Assembly (NCBI GenBank): GCA_013416795.1
Contig: RQSC01000030.1
Span: 185,965-249,964 of the forward strand
Length of the DNA stretch: 64,000 nt
Direction of reading: 5' to 3'
Source of the DNA: Prasinococcaceae sp. CCMP 1430
Taxonomy: Eukaryota; Plantae; Prasinodermophyta
Shown: positions 43,101 to 56,267 of the stretch, piece after piece
Numbering within the stretch: position 1 is the stretch's first letter
Layout: every line of letters begins with the position of its first letter
The notes under the pieces: model-generated
What the model was told of the DNA's origin: nothing
What the model saw: only the letters and a program-made list of their open reading frames with translations
Databases searched by the model: none
Made by a program: the position numbers and the translations under genes

Positions 43101-46100
43101 GTCCACGATCATCTTCATGTCGCCGGGCTTCTCGAGGTTGTAGATTCCACCCTCGGCGAGCAGCTGGCGCACGATCTCGTTGGTCACCTGGTCGCCCCAC
43201 TCGTTGATGGTGGGCAGCGCGATGTCGTCCACGAAGACGGTCATCTTCTTGCCGCCTCCCGGGCCAAACGTGCGGCCCTGTCGCTTCTCCACCGCGCTCT
43301 CCACGCTCTTCTGGAAGATGTACGGCGTGGTGAGGCTCGAGAAGGTCATCGACTTCGACGTCATGCGATCTCGGTCCTGTGCGCCGAGGAACGAGTTGAT
43401 GATGCTCGTCTTGCCCGTGCCCGGGCCGCCGCAGAGCAGCGCGCTGCCGCGCGTGGCCGCCACGAGCGCGAGCAAACGCTCAGTCCGCGTGCTGTCGAGA
43501 GTGGGGATGGTAAACGAGGAGTACTTGGGGGTTTCCTCCTGCAGCGGATACTCCCAGCGGGCCACCTGGTCGCGCCAGTGCGACCACGTGGAGTCCTCCT
43601 CTTTGACGAAGAACTCGAAGATCGTGTCGGTACCCTCGGTGCCGGCGTCGGGCATGTTGTCGGTGAGCTCGCGCAGCTTGGCGTCGAAGCGCGGGCGGTC
43701 CGCGAGATCGAGCAGGCCACCGAGCGCCCAGGTGGCCGCGTACAGAAAGAGGCGCTCGTAGTGGCCCTCGCTGTACACCTCGCCGGCCTCCTCGGCGTCG
43801 GCGAGCAGCGCGGTGAGCAGGCGCGTGAGCGTCGCCGTGAGGCAAACTTCCTGCGTGCGCATGACCGGCTTCGCCTCCAGGCGCAGGAACCTCAACAGCT
43901 CATCGACGTACTTGTCGAAGGCGGGCGCGAGAAGCTCACGCTCCGCCGCGCGGCGCGTGGCGAGCCAGCTGTCGACGGGCGGCCGCCAGCCGAGCTCCAC
44001 ATCGCTCACATATATGATGCCCGCGCGGGAGACGGTCGCCGGCGACGCGTTGTTCAGGTTTTCTGGTTCGAAGAACGCCTTCATGTTGGGCATGAGCATC
44101 TGAATGCGATCGCCGTTCGCCAGCGTGAGCACCTTGTTGTCGTCAAGCACGGTGTTGAGGTTCTCAATCCAGATGGCGTCAACGGGACCGTCGAGGACGA
44201 TCCAGGTGTAGTGCTGCTTCGCCTTGGCCGCCTTGCGCCACAGCACGGAGAAGACGCCGTCGGTCCAGTCGCCGGTCGACGCGTCGAGCCGCCCGAACAT
44301 TTGGGGCGCCGTGATGGCCTTGGGGTTCATCCGCCACACGACATGCTTGGGGCCCACCTCGGACAGCGCGCCGGCGAGGCACTCGTAGATGGTCGTCTTG
44401 CCGCCGCCGGTGGGCCCGACGAGCATGATGCCGTGGCGCACCTGATAGGTCTCGTACAGCTGCACGCACTTGGCGAACCACGAAGGGTGGTCCTGCAGGC
44501 CGCGATCGGCGATCTGCTTCTTGAGCGCTGCCTCGACCTCCGGGAAGGCCGCCTTCTCGGCCTTGATGCCCGGGAAGAGGTCGCCGATGAGCGACAGGAA
44601 GAGCGGCACGTCCTCGGCGACGTACTTGGACAGGTTCATATCGCGCAGTGTGCGCATCACCAGCAGCGTCTCCGAGAGCTCCGGGTTGGCGCGTTCGGAC
44701 GAGCCCATCGTGCGCAGCACCGACAGGATGTTGCGCAGGCCGAAATCATAGTGGCGCTGCTTGGAGAGCTGCTCCTCGCACAGCGCGTATAGCACAAAGA
44801 ACTTCTTTGCGAGCATCTCGTTCTCCTGATAGCCGCACGCCGCCAGCTTGACCTTCATGATCGTCTGACGGTTGGGCACCATCATCATGCAGCCACGGAA
44901 GAGAGACTTGAGGTTCTCGGGAAGCTCCTGGCGGCCAGCGTACCCTGGGTTCATCGTGATGAAGTACCCCACGCGAGGGTCCAGCGAAACGACCGAGCCG
45001 TCGGTGAAGACGAATTGCGACTTGCGCTCGCGGATCGCGCTCAGCACGCAGAAGACCTGCTGTGCGCACACCGACAACACGTCCAGGTTGATGCGGTTGA
45101 ACTCGTCGAAGCAGCCCCACAGGCCCGACTGCGCGAGGCCGCGGTAGATCTTGCCCATGCCGATGTAGTCCATCTGGTCACTGCAGTTGAAGACCACCAC
45201 GTACTTGCCCAGCGTGGCGCCCATGTCCTGCACGTGTGCGCGTGTGCAAACGTCCACACGTGTGCGTGTGTGTGCAAGTGTGCACTTCTGCGTTAGAGCT
45301 CCAATACATGCGGGCGCGCGCGCACACGCGCACGCTGGTACTCAAATAAGACACACTCTCATCTCGCCTCTCTCGACCTTCCCTGCCACACCACACCACA
45401 CCACCACACCACCACACCACCGCACCACCGCACACCGCACCACACCACACCACCGCTACTCGGCACCTTTGTTGTCTCGGTTTTGCCAGTGCCAGCGGGT
45501 CCGGCGGGCGCGCCGCCGAGGAACATGCCCAGCGCCTGCGATAGCGTCACGTAGCAGCGGTCAGTGAGCGGTGTGATCACTAGCCGCTCCTTCACGCCGA
45601 GGTACTCGTACGAGTACTCGAAGTCGACGTCGGCCACCGAGATGATCGTGGTGTTTTTGTCCTCGCGCCAGTAGAAGCGCGCCTGCTTGAGCCACTCGAA
45701 GTCCGTGGGGTCCTTCACCTTGTGGTGCACAATCTCCTCGAACGAGTCGCGCTGGTGCACATGCACAGTCACGCACGTCTCAAGGTTTCGGCGGTCGAGC
45801 TTGGAGAGGTCCTTGGTGGTCGCCTCCACCATTTCCCTCAGGATATTGTCCACCTTCCTCAGCGTCTTGTTCATGGCGTTCTTGTCTACCTTGGCGAGCT
45901 TGAGTGCCTCCGTGCAGTCGGCCGTCCACTGGAATTGCACGCCGAGCAGCGCGACCTGCGCGGGCGTCGAAAAGACGAACTCCTCCACGCCCATCTCGTC
46001 AACGCGCGTGCTGGCCGCACGGATGACCTCCTTCATCGTGGCCTGCATGCCCTCCACCACGTTGCCTAGCCAGATTTCGATATTGCCCTGCGCGACCACG

Positions 46101-49100
46101 GGCTCGCCAAAGGGCACCGCCTCGCCCTCCTTGGAGTGCATGACGAGCATCTTGGACTTGTCCGCCTTGTCGAAGGTCACGCTGGCGAGCGAGTCGAACA
46201 GGCCAGACTGGAAGTGCTGCTGCACCGCCTGCGGGTCGCTGCCCATCGACAGGATCTCGAGGAGCGTCGGGTCCGACACGAAGTAGAAGCGCGGGAAGAT
46301 GGCGCGCTTGGCCTCCAGGTACGAGTTGAGCGACTTCTGGCACAGCTCGAGCTGCTCCGTGAGGTGCGGCAGCATGTTCTTCAGCTGGTCGTTGCCGTCG
46401 CACGTCTGCACGACGTTGAGGGTCTCGCGCGCCTGTTCGACGAGCTTGTTGAAGTTCTTGTCGATGGACGCGAAGCGCTTGGCCTCCTGCGGCAGCTGCT
46501 TGGCGATGTCGCCGCCACTGAAGACTGCTTCCATGTACGTCCACGCGGCCTGCACGGATAGCCAGGTCTCGATTATCTCCGAAACGACCGAGAGCTTGAT
46601 GATCCAGGAGTCAACCTCCTCCTTGAACGGTGCCGAGTAGCGGTTGGTGGCCATCGAGCCGAGCACCATCTGCGTGTCCTCGAGCTTCTCGATGATCTCG
46701 GCAGTGTCGGCCGCGCGAAGCAGCACGTCGCCGCGATTCTTGTACGCGACGAACACAAACTGGGCGTCGCTCCATTCGTCGCTGATTTCGGCCAGCTTTG
46801 ACTCGATGGCTTCCTCCTTGCTGCTGGCGGTAGTCAGCTCGAGGACGTCGTCGGCAAACTTCAGCAAGTCGCAGTCGAGGAGGTTCTGGAGGCGGAACTG
46901 GTCCTCGGCCAGGTTGAGCTGCTTGCCGGTGATGGTCATCATCTGCTGCCAGTGGCGCGAGCGCATGGACTTCGCGCTCAGCTCGGTGAGCAGCGGCAGC
47001 AGCTCGAGGAAGTCGTCGATTTGGTTTTTGCAAACCCTGAACGCCTCCCAATCCTTCAGGCTCTTGGGCAGCTTCTTTGCCTGGGACTGGAAGGCGTTCA
47101 CCTGATCGGTCATCTTGTCGATGGCGCCCACAAGGTCGACCCAGAGCATCTCGCCGTAGCCGTCTATGGTCGTAATCACGGTGACAAAGAGGGAGTACAG
47201 CTTGTCCAGAAGCTCAAGCTCTCGCTCCGTCTTCTCAAGCTCGGGGTACTGGGTGACGGGGAGGCCGAAGAGCTCCTCGCCCTGGATGAAGTTGTTCCAC
47301 TTGTGCTTCTTGGTGGCGAAGGCGCTCTGGTACTTCTTCAGGCGACCCACGGCCTCCATTGGCGCCAAGCCCGGCACCATCGGGCCGTTGGCCTCGAAGT
47401 CGTTGCGGAACGTCTTGGCGTCGTTCACGAACGCCTTGACCTCCTTGACGAGCCTGCGCTTGAAGCCCACCTGCAGCCTGCCGAGGTTGTCCGTCACGTC
47501 CTGGCTCAGCTTCTTCAGCTTCTTCCAGCCGTCGCGCAGGTCGGCCACGGCGTCGAGCTCTTCCTTGGGGACGCGCACCTCATAGCGCACAAGCAGGGTG
47601 TACATCTCCTCGATGGGCGATAGTTGCGCGTCGATCTCGGCCTCGCGCTCGCGTACCTCCCTGAGCACGTCCATGACGGTCCTCACGTCCTCCAGGTCCT
47701 CCACTTTGTGGCCGAGCGCCAGCGTTGTGGCACGCATGTACTCCTGGATATTTTTGAGGTCCCCAAGGCCCTGCTGGTGCAGGTTTCGCGCAAACTGCGC
47801 CTTCCACGAGCCCGCCTCCGCCTTGAGCGAGTACTTCATGGGCGTCGTCTCCAGGCTCATGCAGCCGATGTTGTGCACGGGCGAGATGGTCGCAATGTCA
47901 CGCTCGATTGCCATGTACTTGTTGAGCTCCACCTCGAACTCCTCTATCGTGGGGTTGGTCTTGATGAAGGCCGAGTACTCCGCTTGCATGTCCGCCCGCC
48001 ACAGGAAGGAGTAGCGGTCGAACGACGAGACGTAGCTTTGCACTTCTGCTTTCGTGCTCTCGATGGAGCCCGTGAGCAGCAGCACAACCTTGACAATTTC
48101 CTTGTCTGCGGCGAGCCGGTCGAAGTACGTCGCGCTGCGGTTGCCCACTCCCCACATCTTGAGGTCGGCGCTCGCCTTGAGGACCTTCTTGGCGGTGGAG
48201 TTAATAGCCGCCTGAATGTCGTCCAGGGAGGGATTCATCGAGACGTTGGGCACCGTGAGCTCGATGTCGACGTCAAAGAATGGCCTCTCGACGAACAAAA
48301 AGCCGCCCGAGGCGCGCGAGCCCAGGCGCTTCTTCATGGACTCGAAGCTCGCCTTGGTGGTGGCGAGAAGCGCATTGTACATCAGCTTTGAGTAGTGCAC
48401 GCGGAAATCGTTCACGTCGGCCTCATCGAGCACGACTTCGGTGTTCTCGCGCGGGAAGTCGCGGATGAGCGCGATGAGATCATCAACGGCGTTCTCCACT
48501 TCGGTGTTGCGCACGACGAGGCTGTCCGTCTGCTTGCGGATGAATTTGGACTGACGCGCCACAAACTCCTCGAAGGTGAACGACATGTCAGCGGGCAGGT
48601 CCACGAGCGCAGTCTTCGAGATTGCCTTGAGGTTCGACTCAACGCGCGACTCGACCATGTGGTTGATCGACGTCACCAGCTGCTCGAGCTTGGAGAGCCC
48701 CGCGTGGATGCGGTGCAGGTAGCCGTCGATGTTCATCGAGGTCCACGTGAGGATGTACATGCCCGGCTGCAGGCGGCGCTCCAGGTCGTCCAGGTGCGGG
48801 CTCAGCAGCGGACGCGCGACGTCGAGGACCATGCCGACCACGCGCGAGTGCTCAGACAGCGCGTATGTCAGCTGGTTGAAGTAGTGTTTGAACTTGTCCT
48901 CCTGAAGCAGCACCATCCTGGCGCTCTCGGGGATGCCTCCCTCTATGCCCATCCTTTGCAAGTACTTCGCCTCGCGCATGAGCTGCATGATCTCGCGGTC
49001 GAAGTTTACCAGCAGGCGGCCCGTCTCTGGATGGCGCACAATGAGCGTTGCCTGCAGGCCCGCCTTGGACGCCTCGATGGACTCGACCCACGCCTGGTGC

Positions 49101-51724
49101 CAGAGGGTCTCGAACTCGATGAGTGCGCGCGCGACGCGGTTGTACATCTTCACTATGCGCTTAGCATCCCTCGATGCCATGATCGCCTTGTTGGCGGCGA
49201 ACTTTTTCATCGGCTCCTCGATGCGGCGCAGCAGCTGGCGCGACCACATGATCGCTCCAGACACCGGCGGCGCGTTGCGCGCCATGGGCGGCGCGCTCTT
49301 GTGGCGCTCGTACAGCTTCTGCACGGCCTCGAGGTCAAGGCCGTAATTTTGAAAGATGACCAGGTACTTGTCATCGAGGTCCGCCTTGAGGGAGTCGCGC
49401 TGCAGGATCGACTGGAACTGGCGCAGCAGGTTGAGCGCGTGCTCGGTGCTGGAGATGTTCTCGAACGACGCATTGATGAACACCTGCAGCTTCTCCTCCA
49501 GGCTGTGGACCTCCACGTTGAACTCATAGCAGTCCCGGTCGAATTGATTCTTGCTGAAATCGAGTAGGTCGTACGGCTTCTTCTTCATGTCCTCGACGAT
49601 CGAGTGGAACGAGGCGATCATGTCGGCCAGGCCGTCGATGTGCGTGTGCTGCGCGAGCGACGAGAACTGCGTCACCGTGGTGAACATGTCGACGAGCTTC
49701 GACACGCGCTTGCAGAAGAGGTCGAAGCGCGAGAAGATGCGCGCCTCAGCGAAGTCGAACTGCTTGCCCTTCGGCTGCGACATGAGGCGGTCGCGCGTGA
49801 GCTTGTACTGCTCCTGGTACGCCTCGTTGAGGCGCAGCGCCAGGTTGAGGTTCGCGATGACAGTTTCGAGGTCCTGATCCCAGAGCTTGGCGGCCGGCGC
49901 CTTGATGTGTGCTTTGCAATTGGTGACCATCTGGCTGGTGATTTTGGAGAAGAGCGTGGTCATGCGCTCGGGCGTGTTGTAGTAGCGCGCGATAGTGTGC
50001 ATGAGCTTGATGTTGTTCATGAGCGCCGGTAGCGAGTCGATGATGGCCTGTGGTGTGCCCAGGTACATGGGCTCGAGGCTCTTCTCCAGCGTGGACAGGT
50101 ACTTCACGTTGTCCTTGGCCTCGTTGGCGGCGTCGGTCACGCGCAGGTCGATGGCCTTCCAATTGCGGTGGCTCTTCGAGCGCGCCGCCAGGCAAATGCC
50201 AAGCACCAGCTTGCACTCTTTGGTCTTGAGCTGCTCCGTCACCGAGTTGAACATAGTCATTCGGCTACGCCAGAACTCGATCTCCGTATCGGGACCAGCG
50301 TCGTCCGCCTCCTTGCGGCTGCCCTCGCCCTCGTCCAGCAGGCGCTGTGTCTGCACGCACCAGTCGTCAAGCACGCCCTCGAAGTACTCGACCGTCTCCG
50401 CGTCCGTCGCCGCGCGGTTGAACGCCTGCGGCTTCAGCTCGATCTGGTCGAGGTATTTCTTCTCGGGCTTCTTGAGCTCCACGCCGCCCTGCAGCGAGCT
50501 CATCGCCTCGTTGAGCGTGCTGCTAAACTTGCCGGCGAGGGTCATGAACTCGGCAGTGGACTCCTCGGTGTTCTTGCCCCAGCTCGACTGCTCCTTGAGC
50601 ATGGGCAGGTACAGGTCCGAGACGAGCGACGTGTAGCTCTCGAGCGCGCCAGCGCTCACCATCCCCATCATCATGTCCTGCTCGAGCGTCTTCTCGCCCA
50701 CGCCCTTGGCGCCCGTGCGCACGAAATAGACGCACGTGCCGGTGAGCCTGTCCAGATCGCCGCTGGTCAGATACAGCTGGGGATCGCCCGTGCCGGCCTT
50801 TACCTCGCCGTCGGCGCTGGTTTGGTCCGGCACTTGGTACACGAACATAAGCTTCTGTGGGCCGTCGGGCTCGAAGAACGACTGGACGGTCTCAGCAGCC
50901 GGCGACGCGTTGATGACCGTCTCGATGGCCGTCGAGTCCTCGAGGCCCGTGCCCTCTTGGATCTACGGGTTCGTGGGCGTCGGTGGTAATGGCAGCGTCA
51001 GCGCCTGGCGCGCGTACGTAGCGGCGGCAGCGGGCCCGCTCGCACGATGCGAGCGCAAACGCCGAGCGCTCGGGCGAGTTGCCTTGCGCGGGCGAGCGGA
51101 CAGCAGGCGCACGGGTGGGCAGGCGCTCGGCGGGCCGGCATCCGCGTCCGCTCCGCTGCAGGGGCGGGAGCGTCCGCGCCAGCGTGCTCGCATGCGGTGG
51201 TGGTGGTGGTGGGGGGCAGCGAGCGCGGGCGCTGCGCAGACCGCGGGTCACGAGCGCTCGCGCTCGACCGGAGCCATCGGTCTCCGCGCCCCGGGCGCGA
51301 GCGCACCGCGCACCGCGTGCGCCCGAGGGGGCCCACGGCTCCTCCGGCGCCGCATCGGCGCCGCAGCCACTTTTTTTCCTGCGCGCATCGAACGCGAAAA
51401 AAAAAAGGAACCCATCGCGCGCGGACGGTCGCAGCGCGCGCGGCGCCGCGCACGCCGCCACGCGGGCCTGCCAGCGGCCTTGCCCCTCCGTCACGAGGTC
51501 CTATTGGCCGCCAGGAACCGCCGCGGACTCGCCGCGGAGCGCAAGGCATCGAGCGCGGGTGCGCCCTTTCCCGACGCCCGTCCTCCTCCGCGCGCGCGCC
51601 CGCGCCCGCGAAACAAAAAAAAAAAGGGGGTGAAGAAAACGACACCGCAGCGCACCAGCTCGAGCTCCCCCCCCTGGTCGCGCACCTTCGTGACGATCCA
51701 TCTGTGGCGCGCGTCGAGCGGCAT
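37141..51724 (-). CDS. ODA2: Axonemal outer-arm dynein heavy chain, gamma type (ODA2/DNAH5-8 class); exons 51686-51724, 45467-50962, 39986-45227, 37141-39875; about 4503 aa
   Basis: MPLDARHRWIVTK|IQEG start; AAA1 GPAGTGKTETTK|D, AAA2 GPTGGGKT, AAA3 GGPGTGKT, AAA4 GVGGSGKQSL; stalk coiled coil; C-terminal WVMRGCALLASTS*. All three GT-AG introns keep frame (39+5496+5242+2735=13512 nt). The gamma subtype is assigned from recalled similarity. Confidence 0.95.
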
Positions 51725-52034
51725 GGCCGCGCCCCCCGCGTGCGTCCTCCCCTCCCCCCTCCGCGCGGGCCGGCCCCCTAGCGAGGCTCCCGCGGCGGGG
51801 AAGAGGGAGGGGCGCCGCGCCGCGGCGGGCACCGCGCCGCGCCGCCGCGCCCGCGTGCGCGCGCGCGCAGCGCCGTCTGTCCAGATCAAGGTTGGGCCCT
51901 CTCTCGCCGTGCAGAAGTTCGTTGGATGGGGGGCGTGGGGGAAACTGTTCCCCGTTGCGAGGGCTGCTGTGGAGTGCGCACACCCCAGGCAGCAGCGTGG
52001 GGGGGGATGTGTAGGGGCACGGGGGGGAATGGAT

Positions 52035-52198
52035 CAGGAGGAAAAGTTACGAGGCTGTTCCGTTACGAAATGGGGCGTACAGTATGTGGTGTGCGTGCCT
52101 CTTCATCTGAGCAGGAGGAAAAGTTATGAGGCTCTTCCGTTACGAAATGGGGCGAACAGTATGTGGTGTGCGTGCCTCTTCATCTGCTCGGGCAGGAG
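52035..52198. repeat. 77-bp tandem direct repeat (2 copies plus a CAGGAG remnant) upstream of the dynein gene
   Basis: Copies start at 52035 and 52112 and differ at three internal positions. Confidence 0.92.
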
Positions 52199-52997
52199 AC
52201 GCGCCGCGAGGAACGCGAGGCGCCAACAGACGCGCGTCCGAGGAGCGGTTTGGCGGGAGCGCGCGCAAGGGCGCTTTCGCCGCAGGAGCGGCGGAAGCGG
52301 CGGAGGGGCAGCGCCGCGTGGCGTGACCGGTGCGGGCTGGCAGCAGCGGCCGCACATGCCCACGGGCCATCACGGTCCCGCGCATGTGAGGCCGTGTCCG
52401 ACAAGGCGGAGCTCGTAGCGTGCTCCGCGAAGCTCGTGGCGTGCTACCATCTGCTGCAGCGCGGCGCGGCGAGGAGAGGGGATGGTGTCGGGCGGTCGGG
52501 AGCACGGACGGAGGTGGAGAGTGTCCTTCGGCACGCCCCGGGCGCAGGGCTTGGCACCGCCGCGGAGGCGCCGCTTTCCACCCCGCACAAGAGCTCGCGG
52601 CGCGGGCCTGGCGTGCGCTGTGCTTTCTCGCAAGAGTGCTGTAGTACGCGCACCCAAATGTGCATGCATGCACGGCGCGCGTGCTCTCGCGGTGGTCCCA
52701 CGCGCGGGCGTGCGGCACAGCTGCGGCCTCGTGCCTGCACGCCAGCGTCGCACACCGCACTACTGCGGCGTGGCGTGTGCACAAGAGCACGTGCGCGTGC
52801 TTGGCCTCGTCCTGTCTGTAGGCCACCTCAGGACGTCGGTTGTCATGCTCGCTCGTGCACCCGGTCAGCTCTCGCTCCTCGCTCGCTCGCCTGGAACGCG
52901 CGCATGCCGGGACGTGCCCGCCCGCTCGCGCGCCCGACCGACCAACCGACCGACCTGCCGACGGCCTACCCGCCCGGCCCCGGCCCCGGCACGCCCG

Positions 52998-53833
52998 ACA
53001 CCTTGATCTTCTTCTTCTTGGCGAGGTCCTCGATGAGTTTGGTCGGATCAGCCCCGGGCGACAGAATGGCGATCACCGGCACCTTGGGGGTCGTCTCCTG
53101 GAAGACGCCCTCCATGCTGAGCGGCACCGACTCGATAAATCGCGGGCCCAGCGCCTCGGCGATGTAATCGGCCGCGGCGACGAGCGTGCGGTCCTCACGC
53201 CAGGCGCGCACGACCGACATGCGCTCGAACTTGGTGGCCTTCTCCTCGTAATCAGGGATCTTGGCCGCCTCGGGCGCCTCCGAATCATACCAGAGGCGCC
53301 ACAGGCCGTCGTTGCGCGCCACCGACTCGCAAATGCCCGAGAAGCTGGGCAGTGCCGACATGGCCACCGTGTTCAGCCACACGTTGTCGGGGATCCAGTC
53401 CTTGGGCTTCTTGCGGCAGTCGGAGATGTTGAGGGCAGACCCCGCCTTCAGGAAGGTACTGAACTCCTCTTGGGAGAGAACGCCCGCGCTCAGCTGCACG
53501 CGGATGGCGAGCATGAGCGCGAAGGTGAGCTTGTGGCGCTCGAAGAGGCCGCGCTGGATGTACAGGTACGCGTGGTACGTCAGGTAGTCGATGATGTTGG
53601 CGATGCGCTTGGACGGCATCGTCGCGCGCTCCGAGTTGTCGATGGACTGCATGTACAGCTCATTGAACTGGACCAGCGCGGTCTGGTACATCACGTTGAC
53701 GCTCGCCCAGTCGGCCACCAGGAAGTACACGAGCGCCGCGCGGTGCGCTACCGGACGGTACTCCTCGCACGCCTCTGTGATGCGCTTGTTGGTGTCGCTG
53801 GCGTTCTGCAGCTTCTCTGAGACCTCCTGCGAC
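52998..53833 (-). pseudogene. Apparently identical copy of dynein exon-4 segment 38832-39667 (offset 14166), probably an assembly gap-fill artefact
   Basis: The ORF translations at 53073/53261 are identical to those at 38907/39095. The copy ends at an ambiguous base (X in the ORF track at about 53834), and its left junction has microhomology ACGCCC(A/G)ACACC. Confidence 0.85.
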
Positions 53834-54386
53834 NGCTATTTCGTGAGGGTCGCGTGCGCGTAGATGTCCATCTGGCCTTGCGACGTGCGCCGGCCGCGGC
53901 GTGCGCACCACACGCTCCGCGCCCGCCGCGGCGGTTGGACGCCACGCGCTCCCCTCAAATCCTGAGGAGGCGCGAGATTGCGAATGTGCGATCGCCAGCG
54001 AGCGCGCCGCGCCCCTCGGGGAATCGCGCGCGCGCGCGGAAACGGAAACGGAAACGGAAACGGAAACCGTTTTCCTGCCCACCCCCGCCCCCCCGGTTTC
54101 GAAACCCTATTCGAATCCGGAATCGCCCCCGAATGCGGAGGACACCCCCGATTCGACCGCGCTTCACCTGGGTGAGCCGCGCGGGGCGCGCGTGGGGGTG
54201 GCGCCGCCCGCGCCGCCTCCGCCGCGCAAGCGGCCCCGTCCGGCGAGCGGCGAGGCGCGGGACGGCGGAGCGGCCCCCACGGGTGACGACTTCGAGGCGC
54301 ACTGCGCGCGCGCGCGCGCGATAGCGCGGGCGTCTTTCGAGGCGGACCAAGACTGTGGCGGAGGCGAGGACTCGAAGCCGACGCCG

Positions 54387-55760
54387 ATGGATGTCGGCGG
54401 CTCGGGCGCGCTCGTGGACTCGGAAGAGCCTTGTCAGGCCGCGGTTGCGACACTGGATTGCTCGGCCCCCGAAGTGCATGGAGGCGAGTCGGCCGCAGCA
54501 GCGGTCACGATCGCGCGCCTTGAGCCGCTGACCACATCTGAGCCCCGCAAGCTCGACTCGATGAGCCCCGACGATTGCGAGCAGCTCAACAGCCTGTTTA
54601 GCGACTGCTTCCCAGACTTCGAGGACGAACCCAATGGTGGCTTGGATGCTGGGGCGCGGTGGGACGACGACGACGACGACGCTTTCAGCGCAGGGCTTGC
54701 CGACATATCGCGCATCCAGCCACCGCGCGACTCCGTCGGTGAGCACCTGCCGCCCGTGCTGCCGCCCGTGCAGACCCGCCCTCAGATGAGCGGACTGAGC
54801 GTTGCGGGCAGCTATGTTCCCTGCGGCATTTCCAGGGTGCGCAATGTGACTGGACGCGCGGCCAATAATGGCCTGATGAAGGCCATGCTACTCCAGGTCT
54901 TGAGGAAGCGACTGGCCGCTTACAGGGCCAAGACCGCCAACCGCGTCGGCGATGGCTCCACCGCGCAAGTCCGTGCGCTCGAGCCGATCGCGGGTCAGAA
55001 TGACCAGGACGGCTACTTCGCTGCGGCCGCTGCCGAGCCCTCGAAGCATTTCGCGCACCTACCAAAAGAGGACTTCGGTTGGGGGACTCAGGCGTTCGCC
55101 AGCAGTATGCAGCATCTCAGCTTGCTGCAGCCGCACGTGACGCCCCCGCCCCCGATGGGCGACGTCGACGCGTCGCGGGATATCCTGCTCGCGCACATGG
55201 ACATGCGCGATGACCATCAGTTGCAGCCGGATCAACCTCCTTCGCCCGTCAAGTCCACAGGGCGCACGCCCATCAATGGCATCGGGCCTCGGGCGGTCAC
55301 GACGGGAAACGTGCCGACCGATAAACAAGCGCATCGTACGACGTTGCCGCCGCGGAGGCCGGCGTCGGCGGCACGGCTTGGGCCCAACACACCGCCGCCG
55401 CTTTCAAGCCCGCTCAGCGCTTCGCCGGTGCCATTCGACGCCACCGGCAGCGCCACGCCGGTCCCAGTTGACGTCAGCGGCAGCGCCTCCTTGCCCAAAC
55501 TTCGAGTGGAGGGATTTGGCTCAGGCGGCTCAACGCTGGCCGGCATGGACAGCTGTGCAACGCGCGGACTGCGCACGCCGAGGCAGAGCAGCGAGGCATT
55601 CCGGTCGCCATCTTTATACTCGGGCTCCATGCCGCCCTCTGCGGGCGGCGCCGACCTCAGGGGCGGCCTCGCCGGCGTGCACGTCGGCGCCGCCGCCATG
55701 TTGGTCCCTCCGCCGAGCGTCACGCCTGCATCCATCAACAGTTTTTTACAGACGGTGTAG
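54387..55760 (+). CDS. Hypothetical Ser/Pro/acidic low-complexity protein; the start may lie further upstream in the same frame
   Basis: Long open frame with an acidic patch (FSDCFPDFEDE...WDDDDDD) and a helical basic segment (GLMKAMLLQVLRKRLAAYRAK). Telo-box at 54102-54109 upstream. Confidence 0.6.
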   Translation: MDVGGSGALVDSEEPCQAAVATLDCSAPEVHGGESAAAAVTIARLEPLTTSEPRKLDSMSPDDCEQLNSLFSDCFPDFEDEPNGGLDAGARWDDDDDDAFSAGLADISRIQPPRDSVGEHLPPVLPPVQTRPQMSGLSVAGSYVPCGISRVRNVTGRAANNGLMKAMLLQVLRKRLAAYRAKTANRVGDGSTAQVRALEPIAGQNDQDGYFAAAAAEPSKHFAHLPKEDFGWGTQAFASSMQHLSLLQPHVTPPPPMGDVDASRDILLAHMDMRDDHQLQPDQPPSPVKSTGRTPINGIGPRAVTTGNVPTDKQAHRTTLPPRRPASAARLGPNTPPPLSSPLSASPVPFDATGSATPVPVDVSGSASLPKLRVEGFGSGGSTLAGMDSCATRGLRTPRQSSEAFRSPSLYSGSMPPSAGGADLRGGLAGVHVGAAAMLVPPPSVTPASINSFLQTV

Positions 55761-56267
55761 GCGCAACCACACACGTGGCAAGACGTGCAAGTGTCAGTCC
55801 CGACTCTGTCTCTCCGATGCATGCCAATAGATTTCCCTCGCGAGCACGTTCGCATGGCTGTAGCAGCGTAAAGAAACGAGAGAGGTCGGCTTAGAAGCCG
55901 CCGCTCGCTCGCAGTGAGATTCGTCCCGAGAGCGTGCTGTGAGCCACGACAGAGTGTATCCCACACGTGCTGCGCGACGCATGCCCGCGCCTGCGCTCGG
56001 CTCGCGGCCACCACCAATCCACAAGACTACGTGCGCGAGGACAGTGCTCAAAGCGACTCTGGTCTAACGACGGTTTACGTGCTTCGAGTTCTCGCCGCTG
56101 CAGCTATCGATGCCGCGCCCGTATCTTTGTGGCGTGCTCACTCGGGTCGCGGTCTTACGGCAATGCGTGGCCCCTCTCCTGGTCCGAGGGCATTCGGTGG
56201 CGCTTTTGACAACGTGTACAGTATAGGAAGACGTGTAGTGGTAGGGCTGGTGGGGGCTCTTGACTCG

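Noticed and set aside
37468-50989. Many long plus-strand ORFs (up to 811 aa) opposite the dynein gene
   Set aside because: Antisense shadow frames caused by high GC3 codon bias. The same applies to 13081-14913 opposite TOP6B and 31507-33000 opposite RCA.
25768-51724. CCDC61 and dynein as a ciliary gene cluster
   Set aside because: They are separated by unrelated genes, and two ciliary genes in 64 kb is compatible with chance.
52035-52198. 77-bp repeat as a CRISPR array
   Set aside because: The units are directly adjacent with no unique spacers, there are no cas genes, and the context is eukaryotic.
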